NCBI GenBank assembly: GCA_951406725.2
Contig: OX597825.1
Span: forward strand, 24,366,001-24,430,000
Source: Octopus vulgaris
Taxonomy: Eukaryota
Direction: 5' to 3'
Length of the DNA: 64,000 nucleotides
Position 1 is the first letter of the stretch. Each line of letters starts with the position of its first letter. This document shows, one piece after another, positions 27,703 through 40,550 of this stretch. Position numbers and translations under genes: made by a program. Under the pieces are notes generated by a model. It was not told the origin of the DNA, did no database searches, and worked only from the letters and a program-made list of their open reading frames with translations.

Positions 27703-28703
27703 TTGTCTAAGTTATCTGCTAATGTTGACATTTTCAATGACAAGGCTAAATTTTATAACTCTACCTTACTTAAAGCAGGTTATACAGATAAAGTTACCTA
27801 CATTAATTCCATTCAATCTTATTTTATCTTTAGTAATGTAGACATGAAATCTAGTTCTAAGGACATAAACAATATCAATTTTAACTTATATGCTAACACT
27901 AAACAGAGGAAGGGAGAGAACCCTTATTAAAACCCCTTTTTTCATTCTAAAGGCAAATCAATGTATTTTTAATGATTGTTATACTAAAAATAAAACAACT
28001 AATAGCAAAACTATTTGGTTGATTATTCCTCATGGGAGGCAAATTAAATCTAATTATCCTTTCCATTTTCAGGAAACTATTATTATGAATTTTCCCAAGA
28101 ATTCTCGGTATTACTCTATTATCAACACGCACATGATTAGGATTTGTTTTTCCAACACAAAAAAATCTCTCACAAATTATCTCCTCACATAATATTAGTC
28201 TGTTAAATAAGAATCCAATTACTAATACTAAAATTAATTTAGCTACCATCCCTCTAGAAATATTAATAACAAGGTTATTGTCTCTGAAGTCAATTCCAAC
28301 AGAATTAAGTTTATGTCTAGTAATTCTAAGACTAAAAACTCTATATACCAGTGTAAAATTACTTCAGGTACCGATGTCTTTTATTATATAGGTAGTTCTT
28401 CTTCTCAATTATCTAAAAGAATTTCTGATCAATACTCTACATTTAGGGATAGTAATAAACGCAACAGTACAGGGCTTAGTAAATTAATTTGGTATCTAAA
28501 AGACCATAATAAACAATTTAATTTAGATTGGTTGATTCTCTCCATTTCATTCCCATACGATAAAGGCAAAGAATTTTGTCAACTCTGTAATACTGAACTA
28601 TTTTTTATTCTGTTTTTCAAAGAATCCCCTTGTAAACACGGTTATAGAACATGCTTATTAATGTAAACATTGGCAGAAACATACTTTTAGTTCATATAAG
28701 TAA
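27703..28703 (+). pseudogene. Penelope-like element ORF remnant: RT C-terminal region + GIY-YIG endonuclease, frameshifted
   Basis: LSKLSANVDIFNDKAKFYNSTLLKAGY; KTIWLIIP..FPKNSRYYSIINTHMIRICFS; SIYQCKI..YYIGSSS..KRI..STGLSKLIWYLKD..CQLCNTE..CKH; begins at a (TA)n tract. Confidence 0.88.
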
Positions 28704-28879
28704 TATCTACTATCATATATAATCTGAACATTGATTTTCTACTTGCATTTACTTCCACTAGATATATCTTTTCCCAAGCCTTTAAGCTTTTATTTAATTC
28801 ACATATCTCTCATATTTCTCATTTATTAGTTGTCTGCTTATTTCTCTTTTTTTACCCCTCTTTCTTTCTTTCTTTTACA

Positions 28880-29131
28880 CACCAGCATCGGTTGTCAAGT
28901 GATGTTGGGGGGGATAAACACAGACACACACATACATACATATATGTATATATATATACATATATACATATATACGACAAGCTTCTTTCAGTTTTCATTT
29001 ACCAAATCCACTCATAAGACTTTGGTCAGCCCAAGGGTATAGTAGAAGACACCAAAGGTGCCACGCAGTGGGACTGAACCTGGAACCATGTGGTTTGTAA
29101 GCAAGCTACTTACCAACCAGCCACACCTACG

Positions 29132-29134
<3 letters not shown>
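28880..29134 (-). mobile_element. SINE family A
   Basis: Family A motifs in reverse. Confidence 0.85.
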
Positions 29135-29190
<56 letters not shown>

Positions 29191-29671
29191 GTATATATAT
29201 ATATATACACACATACACATACATATCTCTGCTGACATTTTCCTTTACTCTTTTCTCTAACCTTCTTTTGACTTCTTTACCAATCTTTTGTTCTCATCCT
29301 CTCTTCTATTCACCTGGCAACTATCACCCACCCTATTTAATGCAAGGTAGCAATGTTACTCTAGCCCCACTTCAAATGTAAAGGCTTTTTAGTTTTGCTG
29401 GCTACATGATACCCGGGCCACGTAAAAAAACAGTCCCTAGTACCCCCTGTAAAGTGGCTGGCATTAGAAAGAGCATCCGACTGCATCAAAGCAGACATCT
29501 GACCTTGACACAATCTTCCAGCTTACCAGAATCTTTTCATCAAATCATCCAACTCATGCCAGCAAGGAAGTTAATCATAAAAAGATGGTGATGATGATGA
29601 TGATGATGTTGATCTGTATATGAATGCATGCATGTGTGTGTATGTGTGTGTGTGTGTGTGTCTCTCTCTCT

Positions 29672-29718
<47 letters not shown>

Positions 29719-29856
29719 CACACACACATACATACACATACACACCCGCACATACACACACACATATATATATACACACACACGCACATTAACATTATCG
29801 ATATTTATATTTACAAATATTTACAAATTGTCCAACCCATGGACAATGGATTTTAA

Positions 29857-29888
<32 letters not shown>

Positions 29889-29912
29889 ACATATACATAC
29901 ACATACATACAT

Positions 29913-29950
<38 letters not shown>

Positions 29951-30148
29951 CTGTGTGTGTGTGTATGTGCATATGTATGTATAAAAGTTATAGGATACCA
30001 AAGCTATTTCCAGCATCATTTTTCCAAGAGTTCTCCATCTTGTCGAGGACAGTTCATCGATGATAATTGGGAATAATTCTCAAGAGCCAGTTGCCAAATT
30101 TAGTTCTGGGTCTGTATATAAATAGAGCCTGGAAATTATTACATTCCT

Positions 30149-30195
30149 TCAAAGAAGATTCCTATCCATAAAATGAGCGTTTATGAGTTCAGGAA
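30149..30195 (-). CDS. Candidate terminal exon, xPELINAHFMDRNLL*
   Basis: Strong acceptor ttttttttttcatctctctgactcttccatttatctcag; only phase 1 stays open; no GT donor before the stop. Confidence 0.3.
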
Positions 30196-30629
30196 CTGAG
30201 ATAAATGGAAGAGTCAGAGAGATGAAAAAAAAAAGGGGGGGAGCAAAAGGCTAGATTAATAAATGTAATTAATGAGAGCAGATAATGCTTCATCATGTGA
30301 CTAAATAATCTGTCATGTGACCAAGTGGAATAACTCAGCTGACATGTCTTATGACCAACAGATAAAGCATGGAAATATATATATATATATAACGGGAAGG
30401 TTTACGAAAATAAACAAGGAGAGAAACAAGGAGAGAAAAAAATGCATGTAGGAGCTAACGGTCTATCATGGCGTTCTGACTTCAGGCAGAGGTCAGAGGT
30501 CAGACGTTAGATGCTAGAGGGACAGTAGAGGAGATAACAGGGTCAAGTGACTTCCAAAACGAAGGTGGCCCCATGTATAATTATATGATATATATATGTA
30601 TATATATAGGCATATAGTATATATTTTAT

Positions 30630-31016
30630 TTTTTATTTTACTTGTTTCAGTCATTTGACTGCGGCCATGCTGGAGCACCGCCTTTAGTCGAGCAAATAGA
30701 CTCCAGAGCTTATTCTGTGTAAGCCTAGTACTTATTCTCTTGGGGTCTTTTGCCTTAACCACTAAGTTATGGGGACGTAAACACACCGGCATCAGTTGTC
30801 AAGCGATGTTGGGGGAACAAACATAGACACACAAACATATATATACATATACGGCAGGCATCTTTCAGTTTCCATCTACCAAATCCACTCACAAGGCTTT
30901 GGTCGGCCCGAGGCTACAGTAGAAGACACTTGCCCAAGGTGCCACACAATGGGACTGAACCCATGACCATGTGGTTGGTAAGCAAGCTACTTACCTCACA
31001 GCCACTCCTGCACCTA
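30630..31016 (-). mobile_element. SINE family A, full length
   Basis: Reverse complement of 56291-56700. Confidence 0.9.
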
Positions 31017-31055
31017 TATAGGTATATAATATGTATACAGGTATATAGTATATAT

Positions 31056-31243
31056 TGTGACCGCGTGTGTACCATTGGCGATTTTTTTCCTCTGTCTTCC
31101 CTTCTCTGGATCTTTCCTTCTGCTATGTTTCCGACGAAGAGCTCCGCTCGAAACGTTAAACCCTCCTTCTTTCCTTCTTTACTATATTTGTTCCATGTCC
31201 TCGCGTTGTTGTGTTTTTTTGTGCTTTCTTGTTTGGATTAACT
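31056..31243 (+). mobile_element. HHR element family H1
   Basis: Homologous to 9860-10060; TA-flanked. Confidence 0.9.
31127..31161 (+). ncRNA. Minimal type-I hammerhead ribozyme (H1, U4C mutant)
   Basis: gttt CcGACGA a gagc tcc gctc GAAA CG TT aaac. Confidence 0.7.
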
Positions 31244-31779
31244 TTATATATATATATAGGTAGTTAATATACATGCCCCCTCCCCCCAACACACACATGC
31301 ACTGAGCTGCTATATGGCTATTCTTCTTATGCTTATTACTCTATTTGCTTGCTTTCAAAGAATCTTCCAATACAGATCTGATATATTCAGGAGGTAGAGA
31401 AGTAAACAGAGAGTTATTTAGATAAGCCCTCCTTCATATTGATGCAAACATCCTGCTTCTCTTAAGTGTGCCTCACTTTATCATATCTACAGTGTGGAAT
31501 ATTGGTTCTTGAAGCAGAGCAACCAAAATGTAAAAATATATCAGAACTTTACAAATGCCCACAGATTAAAAAAAAACAAAGAAACATCAGGAAATGCCTT
31601 TGATCAGAATTAACTTTCCTTGGCATCGGAATTGTTGTTGTTGTTGTTGTCATCCTCATCGTCATCGTCATCGTCATTGATGCTATCCCCATCATCATCA
31701 CCATCACCATCATCATCATCATCAAGTGTATGCATATATATATGTACGTATGTATGTCGGAAGCAAACAGGAAATTATC

Positions 31780-32340
31780 CTTTTCTACTCTAGGTACAAG
31801 GCCCGAAATTTTGGGGGAGGGAGGGCAGTTGATTACAGTCGACCCCAGTGCACAACTGGTACTTAATTTATCGACCCCGAAAGAATGGAAGGCAAAGCCG
31901 ACCTCAGCAGAATTTGATCTCAGAACATAAAGACAGACGAAATACTGATAAGCATTTTACCCAGGGTGCTAACATTTCTGCCAGCTCACTGCCTGGAAAA
32001 AAGGAAATTATTAGAAAAAATAAATGCAAAAGCCAAATAGACAGAAAGAATATAAAAAATCAAGCCACTGCAAAGGTTGAGGGAAAAACCCTTAAAGAAT
32101 AATTTGTGATATTAGTATTTTTATAAATAAGACAATGAGCTGGAAGAACCATTTGTGTGCCAGGCAGAATACCTAACCGCATTTCACCCTTCTTTACGTT
32201 CTGAGTTCAAATTCTGCTGGGGTTGCCTTTGCCTTTCATCCTTTCAGGGTTGATAAAATAAGTACCAGTTGAATACTAGGGTTGATGTAACTGACTTATC
32301 CCCTCTGCCAAAATTGCTGGCCTTGTGACAAAATTTGAAA
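31780..32340. mobile_element. Two SINE B copies in opposite orientation (31780-31995 minus, 32135-32340 plus)
   Basis: Family B motifs. Confidence 0.82.
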
Positions 32341-34060
32341 CTGCAGAATGAGTTTAATTCATTCCATGACTGAACTTGTCTTTTGATTTACTTGTTTTAC
32401 AAATCAATTTTCCCCATTGAAATCAACTAAAATATGATTAATCTGATCCTTCCCCACAAAACTACTCAAAAATAAATTTTTATTGGTTTTAAAACAGAAA
32501 AGGTGTAGTTACAAGTAAAATGACAATCATAAAAACAAGAATGCAAAAGTAATATGTAAACTGGTTTTATTAACTGAATTACTTTAAAGATGGTACGATT
32601 TGTGTGCTTGTATTGTGGATTTCCACTCATGCTTCAAGACAAAAATTCCCATAGGTCTCGGCTTGTACAGCAAATTACTTGTACAATGGTGCACTCATAC
32701 TATGAGGTTCTACTGTATTTGGTAGCCTTCTATGCAGTTTCCATCTACCAAAGTTTCACTCACGAAGTATTTAGTAAACAGAGGATTAAGTAGAAGTACC
32801 ACGATGTAGGATTGAACTTAGAACCACGTTGTTGTGGTGAAAACCTCTTAACCACACAGCTACGTCTACTACACACAGTTCTCTGTACTAAATTTTCTTT
32901 TAAATATAGTTACACATTTTGGGATCGAAGTGATTTTCAAATGCTAGATAATTAATTAGAAGACATTGCAAATAAATGAAAGGTGTCAACTGTCTCAGCC
33001 TCCCAAATTAATTAATTAATTAACAGAAAATATACAAACATATACAAAAATTGTCGAAATCCTGCTATTGTGGAATTGTTATCAGAGCAGAGATCGGAAG
33101 TTTTCTTAAGGTTTGTCAGCCATTAAACTAAATAATTATAGTAATTTCAATTATGGTTAAATTATTTTCTTCTATTATTACTAATTATGTTTATAATTAA
33201 TCTCGTTTAATTGCATGCATTCACTTTATTATTGTGTGTGTGTGTGTGCATGTGCACTTGTGTGTGAGTAAATGCATGCTTGCATGTGTGTATGTTTATG
33301 CATGTGTGTATGTTTATGCATGTGTGTATGTTGGTGCATGTGTGTATGTGTGAGTGTATTTTCTTTTCATTTGTTTCCTAATTTCGCCTTTCTTCTGCCT
33401 CTGTATCACTATATGCCTGTTTGTATTCCAAACAAGATTTGAGAAAACTCAATAATTACTAATTTGCTAATTAGTGAAGTTAGAATTTTTTCATTCATTT
33501 TTATATCTATATTATTTTATTTCTATATTATTACCTACAAACTCTACTCTAAAGCTTTGGGGTTTTCTTCTTTTCATATATATATATATATATATTTCCA
33601 CCCATCCTTTAGTTTTTTTTATATAAAATAATAATTACGTGCAGTTCACCCTTAGTAATCTCTTATTTATTCCACTTTCTTTCAAGTATAAGCTGATATG
33701 TATAACCAATAACAACAACAACAACAACTCACACAATCACATCTATATCAATATACTTCTCGTCCTGCTTGAAATTACAACAAACAGATTCCATTCTGTT
33801 GTATTACTTCCTATCGTGTATAATTTCCCTTTTTGTTTAATCATTACTCATTTTGCTCACAGCAATCAATTTGAATATGGACAGGTGATCTGAGGTGTTT
33901 AATCTAAGTGAAAGGCACATCTATAGCGATCACGAAAAACAAGGATATAATCACGAACACACAACATTAAGTACAATTTGAAGCATTACAATATCACTGC
34001 TCCATGTCATACAATCCACATGCTCAGAAACAATAGATACCAATATATGAAGTGTTATTA

Positions 34061-34117
<57 letters not shown>

Positions 34118-34159
34118 CATTATTATTATTATTATCATTATCATTATTATTATTATTGC

Positions 34160-34875
34160 TATTTACTTTTAATCTGCATGTTTGCTACAATGACTTGCCG
34201 AGACATACCCAGCATCCTAGGGTGGGTTAAGGATAAGAGATGTTACAGTATGACTGAAAGCTTGGGGAGGGGAATTGGTAGGAGCAGTAGCAAAATATCT
34301 TCATGTAATACAACACAGACATTTGAATTGATAGGGTTTTTCTAAGATGTGGGCAGTACTTGTCAGCACAATCATTTTGATTTCTCTGAGACATGGTTCT
34401 CCAGGAATATTATCTAGATGTTTCTGACATCCCCTTTTTTTATCATACCAAGGGAATCTATAATAACAGGAACATTTCTTGCTTTAAGACGCCACATCTT
34501 TTGTATTTCAATTTCCAGGTCCTTATATTTATTTAATTTGTCAAATTTCTTTACAGATATATTTTTATCATTGGGAACATTTACATCTATTAGTCTACAA
34601 GTACTTTCTTCTCTGTCCTTAATGACTATGTCTGGTCTGTTAGCCTGGATCGTTCTGTCAGTGTTGACTGGGAAATCCCAGAGGATAGTGACATTCCTAC
34701 CTTCAACTACTGGCTCAGCATGATGTGCCTACCAGAAAGCAAGAGAGCTGATTTTGTAGTGTTTACATATTTTCCAATGTAAATACTGTCCTACCCTATC
34801 ATGGTGATGTTTGCATTCATGCATTCATTTGGTGTCAGCACAGGACATCCCAAGACAAGATGGTCTATTGTTTCA
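34160..34875 (-). mobile_element. R4/Dong-type (RLE) non-LTR retrotransposon 3' fragment inside a (TAA)n microsatellite
   Basis: Minus-strand frame absent from the ORF track: ETIDHLVLGCPVL (end of CCHC), then VTILWDFPVNTDRTIQANRPDIVIKD..LIDVNVPND..KLNKYKDLEIEIQKMWRLK..VPVII (PD..D RLE); (TAT/CAT)n on both sides. Confidence 0.9.
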
Positions 34876-34916
34876 TCATCATCATCATCATCATCATCAT
34901 TATTATTATTATTATA

Positions 34917-34993
<77 letters not shown>

Positions 34994-35043
34994 TATTATT
35001 ATTATAAATAGTAGTAGTTGTGGTGGTGGTGGTGGTGGTAGTG

Positions 35044-35103
<60 letters not shown>

Positions 35104-35837
35104 AGGACCTAATGCAGTACTTATCTTAACTAAACAGGAGTTTTAAGATCAAGCTGTTTAGTTCAGAATCCTGCTACATTAATCACCACCACCATCATCA
35201 TCTCTCCGTCACAGTGTAACAGCCTCACTGTGTATATAAAAAAAAATCGATTCTATTTCTTGATATTTAACAACAAATCAATATTTTTTGCTATTTTCTA
35301 CAGACAAGCATGGAAGCAAGGTAGCTAAACAGATAAGCTATTGGACAATTTTGCTTTCTGTGATTCGATTCCATAGTTGATAAGATAAAGTACCAGTGAT
35401 AAACTGGGGGATGATTTAATCCCCTTGTAGCTGATGCTCTTGCCTCCCAGATTTCTTTGAGCAAGTGACTACGGCTGAGAATCCGTGTGTCCTTAGTCCT
35501 TCTTGCACTTTAGGGTTGGATGAGCAATAAGCATATAAACCATGACCCAGCCTTTCTATGAGGAGACAATAACCCCTAATCCCAACTATTATTAGCTTTG
35601 AAAGGCAAGGTGACCGTTGTTCTTGTAGGTCTTTAGTTTACTTGTTGTTTGTAGTGTATTATTACACATGTGGCTAATGGTTAGTGGTTAGGTGTATTTA
35701 GCTCACAATCATAAAGTTGTGAGTTCAAATACCAGCTGCATTTTGTGTCCTTGAGCAAGACACTTTATTTAACATTGCACCAGTCCATCCAGCAAGTAAA
35801 AGTGAGCGGTATCTGTATTTCGAAAGCGAGGTCATTG

Positions 35838-36062
35838 CCAGTCTCGCCTGACTGGCCCCTGTGCCGGTGGCACATAAAAAGCACCCACTACACTCTCAGA
35901 GTGGTTGGCGCTAGGAAGGGCATCCAGCTGTAGAAGCTCTGCCAGATCAAGACTGGAGTCTGGTGCGGCCGTCTGGTTCGCCAGCCCTCAGTCAAAATCG
36001 TCCAACCCATGCTAGCAGGGAAAGTGGATGTTAAACGATGATGATGATGATGATGATGATGA
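35838..36062 (+). mobile_element. Retroposon family C nested in a SINE D-type element (about 35670-36220)
   Basis: Family C core and (GAT)n tail; D head at 35670-35810. Confidence 0.82.
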
Positions 36063-36539
36063 GTCTTGTCACATTCTGTGTCATGCTGAATCTCCCTCAG
36101 AACTACGTTAAGGGTATGCATGTCTGTGGAGTGCTCAACCACTTGCACATTAATTTCATGAGCGGGCTGTTCCATTGATCAAATCAACTGGAACCCTAAT
36201 CTTCATGAGTGAATGAGTGCCGCAATTACAGGTAGGATCATTAGCATATTGTACAGAATGCTAAGTGGTATTTCTTCAGACACAGTACATTCTGACTTTA
36301 AGTTCTGCCAAGGTCATCTTCACCTTCCTTCACTAAAATAAGTATCAGTTAAGCATTGGGGTTGATACAATCGACCAACCCACTTCCCATAAAATTACTA
36401 GCCTTGGACCAAAATTAGAAGGCATAATTTGTTCAGGGGGCATTATTTTATTGCACTGCATCCCTCCTCATTATTAGAGAAAGAAACCAATTGAATTTCT
36501 TAAATTCTCCCTGGATAATACAATAACTTAGATAACCTA

Positions 36540-36753
36540 TTCTGTTGTGTCTGGGGAGAGTCATTTTCTTTTTGTGCCTTATAATACTCACCGGTAAAAT
36601 TTCCACTATTTTCTTATTTTTATTTTCCTATAATTTTCGTTGCGTCTTGCAACCTTTTCAATAGTTTTATAAGGCACAAAAAGGAAATGACTCTCTATGC
36701 TTCAACACACGAACTCATGTAAAGAATATTGTAAACCCAATCCAAAAACGAAA
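36540..36753 (-). mobile_element. Short insertion with internal 29-bp inverted repeat and 12-bp flanking direct repeat
   Basis: ttagataaccta at 36528-36539 and 36754-36765; inverted repeat 36556-36584 / 36667-36695. Confidence 0.8.
36628..36664 (-). ncRNA. Hammerhead ribozyme variant with U3-A8 core
   Basis: Minus strand: cta TTGAAAA g gttgc aagac gcaac GAAA AT TA tag. Confidence 0.6.
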
Positions 36754-36834
36754 TTAGATAACCTAGATATGTTTCTGCCAAAGGCTGATCATGTCTAACT
36801 TACTAGCAACACCTGAGGGGATCTGTTAAGTCAT

Positions 36835-37070
36835 TTTCAAGGCAGGTTTTGTGGTATCATGACCCATTCAAGTAGGGAGTTGTTGTTGATTGAGATGTGT
36901 CCAGGTACAGGCGGCTTATCTGGCATCCTTTGAAGAAGTTTGTCCAGGTTTTGTTTGAAGGTGTAGGGATCTTTTTTTTTCTCTTTGATTTGTTTTGGGA
37001 CAATGTCAAATAGAGCAGGGCCCGCTGAGGAAAGGGAATTGTGTTGCTGTGAATTTATACCAAGAAGATT
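36835..37070 (-). mobile_element. CR1-group LINE, extreme C-terminal fragment
   Basis: HNSLSSAGPALFDIVPKQIK..FKQNLDKLLQRMPDKP..NSLLEW. Confidence 0.75.
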
Positions 37071-38734
37071 GATTTTTTTATCTCTGACATATTTTATGAT
37101 AAAAAACAAATCAAATGAACCTCTGTGTGAATGGTTTTAAGTGGTTGCTTGATTTGCTAAAACCAACAGTCAAATGTCCCCTAAGTTCATTCTACCTGTC
37201 TTGAAAAGGCAAAGGATATATTGTATAATGTAATCCTTATCAGCCCTAAAATCAGGGTTGTTTTGGTTAGGGTGTCTTTGATCATGTGTCTGCTCAATCA
37301 GGGCTGATATTAGGTCTTAGGCCTGTCACAACCCTACAGGATTATTTGGATGGAGTTTACCACAGATACTTTGGAGTCTAAATGATTGAGAACACAATAC
37401 CCCTGGTTGAATAGGAAACCAGCCCATCACATTGTTAAATTCCATCTGCTTGGAAATAAGGACCAGATTGTTGCTGGTGCTCACTTTCATCTGAATGGAT
37501 TAGAGCAACATGAAATGAAATGCTTTGCTCCAGAACACAACATGCCACCCAGTCCAGAAATGGAACCCATGACCTTATGCTCATGAGTCAAGCACCTTAA
37601 CCATCAGACCACATTTTCTTCACAATGTAGCCATATGACTTTGTAAAACCATCCAACCCGAGTCAATCCTGAAACAATTGATGCAAATTCCAGCAGACAC
37701 ATCAAAGAAGGTTTTATTCATCAGCTGGGCAGCTTTTATGAAACCATTGTTAATATTGGTTTCCCATCAGAATTCAGAATTATCAAAATGTTAAAAATCA
37801 ATATTATATTGGTTTTAAAATATGTTGGATTAGCAGAATCATTTGAATGGCAAACCTTATGATATTTAGCAACATGGCATCATGTTCTTCCTGTTCTTCT
37901 TGTTCTTCCTGTTCTTCCTGTTCTTCATGTTCTCAGTTGAAATCCTGTTCAGGTCAATTTTGTCTTTCATCCTTATAAGGTCAATAAAGGAGAGAATCAA
38001 TCAAGTAGATTGGGTTCGATTTAATTGATTATATCACCTACAAAATTTTGTTTGAATTGTACCTTTCGCCCATCAACCCTCACTCAGATCAATAAAATAA
38101 ATGGTAAGAATGTCTTGAACCGAATCAATCAAATGCAATGCTTCCTTAGAAATGTTCAAATTAGAAATCCACATCCTGTTCCTATGAAAGCTTCATGGCT
38201 GAATGGGTGAAAAGCAATTGTTTCTAATAAAGGCAAGTTTGTGGGAGTGGGTTACACAACCATGGACCATGGAGGGATGAAAAGCAAAATTGGTTATGGT
38301 AGGATTTGAACTCAGAGCATAAAGAGCTGGAGCAAATACTGCAAAACATATTATTCAATGCTATAACTACTCTGCCAATTCATTGCCACCCCAAACCCTG
38401 ATCAATTTAATATAGCTATACATCTCTCTGCCAAATATGTGCCAATGTGTTATTTCCATAGAAGTTGTAAATATAAATATATTGATTTTTGTTTTAATTA
38501 ACTTTAAAAAGTAATGAAGAATTTAGTAAAATGGCAGTCATATTATGACTGCTGCAGAATTGCTAGTATATTGGAAAAAATGCTTGGTGGTATTTCTTCC
38601 AGTTATTATTTATGTTCTGAGTCCAAATTCTGCTACGGATTACTTGGCCTTCCATCCCTTCAGGACTGATAAGATAAGTACCCTACACCCTCCAAAAATT
38701 GCTGGCCTTGTGCCAAAATTAGAAACTAGCAACA

Positions 38735-39065
38735 TCGCCTATTGGCACTTGTGCCGGTGGCATGTGAAAAACAACATTCGAGTGAGGTCGTTGCCCGTGC
38801 CACTACACTGGCTCCTGTGCAGGTGGCTCATAAAAAACACCACTTGAGCATTACTGTTGTCAGTACTGCCTGACTGGCCCTTGTGCCGGTGGCACATAAA
38901 AGCACCCACTACACTCCTGGAGTGGTTGGCATTAGGAAGGGCATCCAGCTGTAGAAACTCTGCCTGATCAGATTGGAGCCTGGTGCAGCCATCTGACTCA
39001 CCAGTCCTCAGTCAAACCGTCCAATCCATGCCAGCATGGAAAGCGGGTGTTAAACGATGATATTA
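38735..39065 (+). mobile_element. Retroposon family C with three tandem head units
   Basis: gtgccggtggca..aaaa..cac unit three times, then family C core. Confidence 0.85.
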
Positions 39066-39475
39066 TGATGGTGTTTGGAAATATAAATTATCTACAAATT
39101 TTGATGTAAGGTTTCAAATCTAAATCACACTATAGTAAGAAGCTTCTATCATAGACCTAGAGGTAGACGTGGTCAGGTTGGTATAAAAAATATTAAAGAC
39201 AATTAATTTGCTGAAGTAGAATGAAAACTCCAGCATTTTTATTTCATGCACAATATAATTTTTCCTGAACAAAGCAAAATAACACAAACTCACTAGTTTT
39301 GTACATGACATCATCTGCTATTCAGCTGTGAAGATAAAATGCATTCAATAAACTCTGTAAAATGTTTGGCAAATGAATAAAGACAAAGTAGAATAAAGAA
39401 TACTCTTTAGTCTTGTCCAGAGCATGACGACCTCTCTAGTGTTGGTGCCATGACAAAATATACCCAGCACATCCT

Positions 39476-39708
39476 TATTTCTTTATTGCCCACAAGGGGC
39501 TACACACAGAGGGGACAAAAAAGGACAGACAAATGAATTAAGTTGGTTATATCGACCCCCAGTGCGTAACTGGTACTTATTTAATCGACCCCGAAAGGAT
39601 GAAAGAAAAGTTGACCTCCGTGGAATTTGAACTCAGAACGTAACGGCAGACGAAATACCGCTAAGCATTTCACCCGGCATGCTAACATTTCTGCCAGCTC
39701 ATCACCTT
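39476..39708 (-). mobile_element. SINE family B
   Basis: Reverse complement of 6130-6361; atacccagcacat duplicated on the flanks. Confidence 0.88.
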
Positions 39709-39889
39709 AAATACCCAGCACATTCTGTACAGTGGTATGTGTTGAGGAGGTCATGTGTTAAGAATCAGATGTAACAACAAGAGAGGTGTGGCTCTTTTGC
39801 TTCTTCAAGAAGATAATAACTTTGAACAAAAACTGACGTAGACTGTGACAATGCATCCAGAACCCATACCAGCATGGTAAGCGAATTCT

Positions 39890-40114
39890 GAATGATGACA
39901 ATGATGTCTAAAGGCTGTGGTGATGATGATAATGATGATGATGATGATGACGATGACAATGACAACGATGATGACAATGTCAATAATGACAATGATGACA
40001 ATCAAGATGATGATGATGACAATGATGATGGTGGTGATGATGATGACGACGATGACGACGACGACGACGACGACGATGATGACAACGATGACAACAATTT
40101 CATTGATGACAATC

Positions 40115-40157
<43 letters not shown>

Positions 40158-40237
40158 CGATGACGATGATGATGGCGACAATAATGATAACGACAATTTC
40201 AATGATGAAAATCATGATGATGACAATGATGGCAATA

Positions 40238-40268
<31 letters not shown>

Positions 40269-40429
40269 GGATGATGATGATGACGACGACGACAATGATG
40301 ATGACAATTTCAATGACAATGATGACAATCATCCTCATGATGATGATGATGATAATGATGATGATAATGATGATGATAATGATGATGATGACGATGATGA
40401 CAACGATGATGATGACAATGATGACAATA

Positions 40430-40462
<33 letters not shown>

Positions 40463-40550
40463 CTGATGATGATGATGATGAGGAGGGGGATGACAATGAT
40501 GACGACAATTTCAATGGTGACAATGATGACAAATCATGATGATGATGAAT
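39890..40550. repeat. Degenerate (GAT/GAC/AAT)n microsatellite
   Basis: Direct inspection. Confidence 0.92.

Noticed and set aside
38735-38900. Repeat-spacer-like pattern suggestive of a CRISPR array
   Set aside because: Eukaryotic retroposon head units; the spacers are homologous to each other and there are no cas genes
39892-40539. 215-aa Asp-rich ORF resembling acidic biomineralisation proteins (also 42720-43190)
   Set aside because: Degenerate (GAT)n tract open in several frames, with no signal peptide or unique domain
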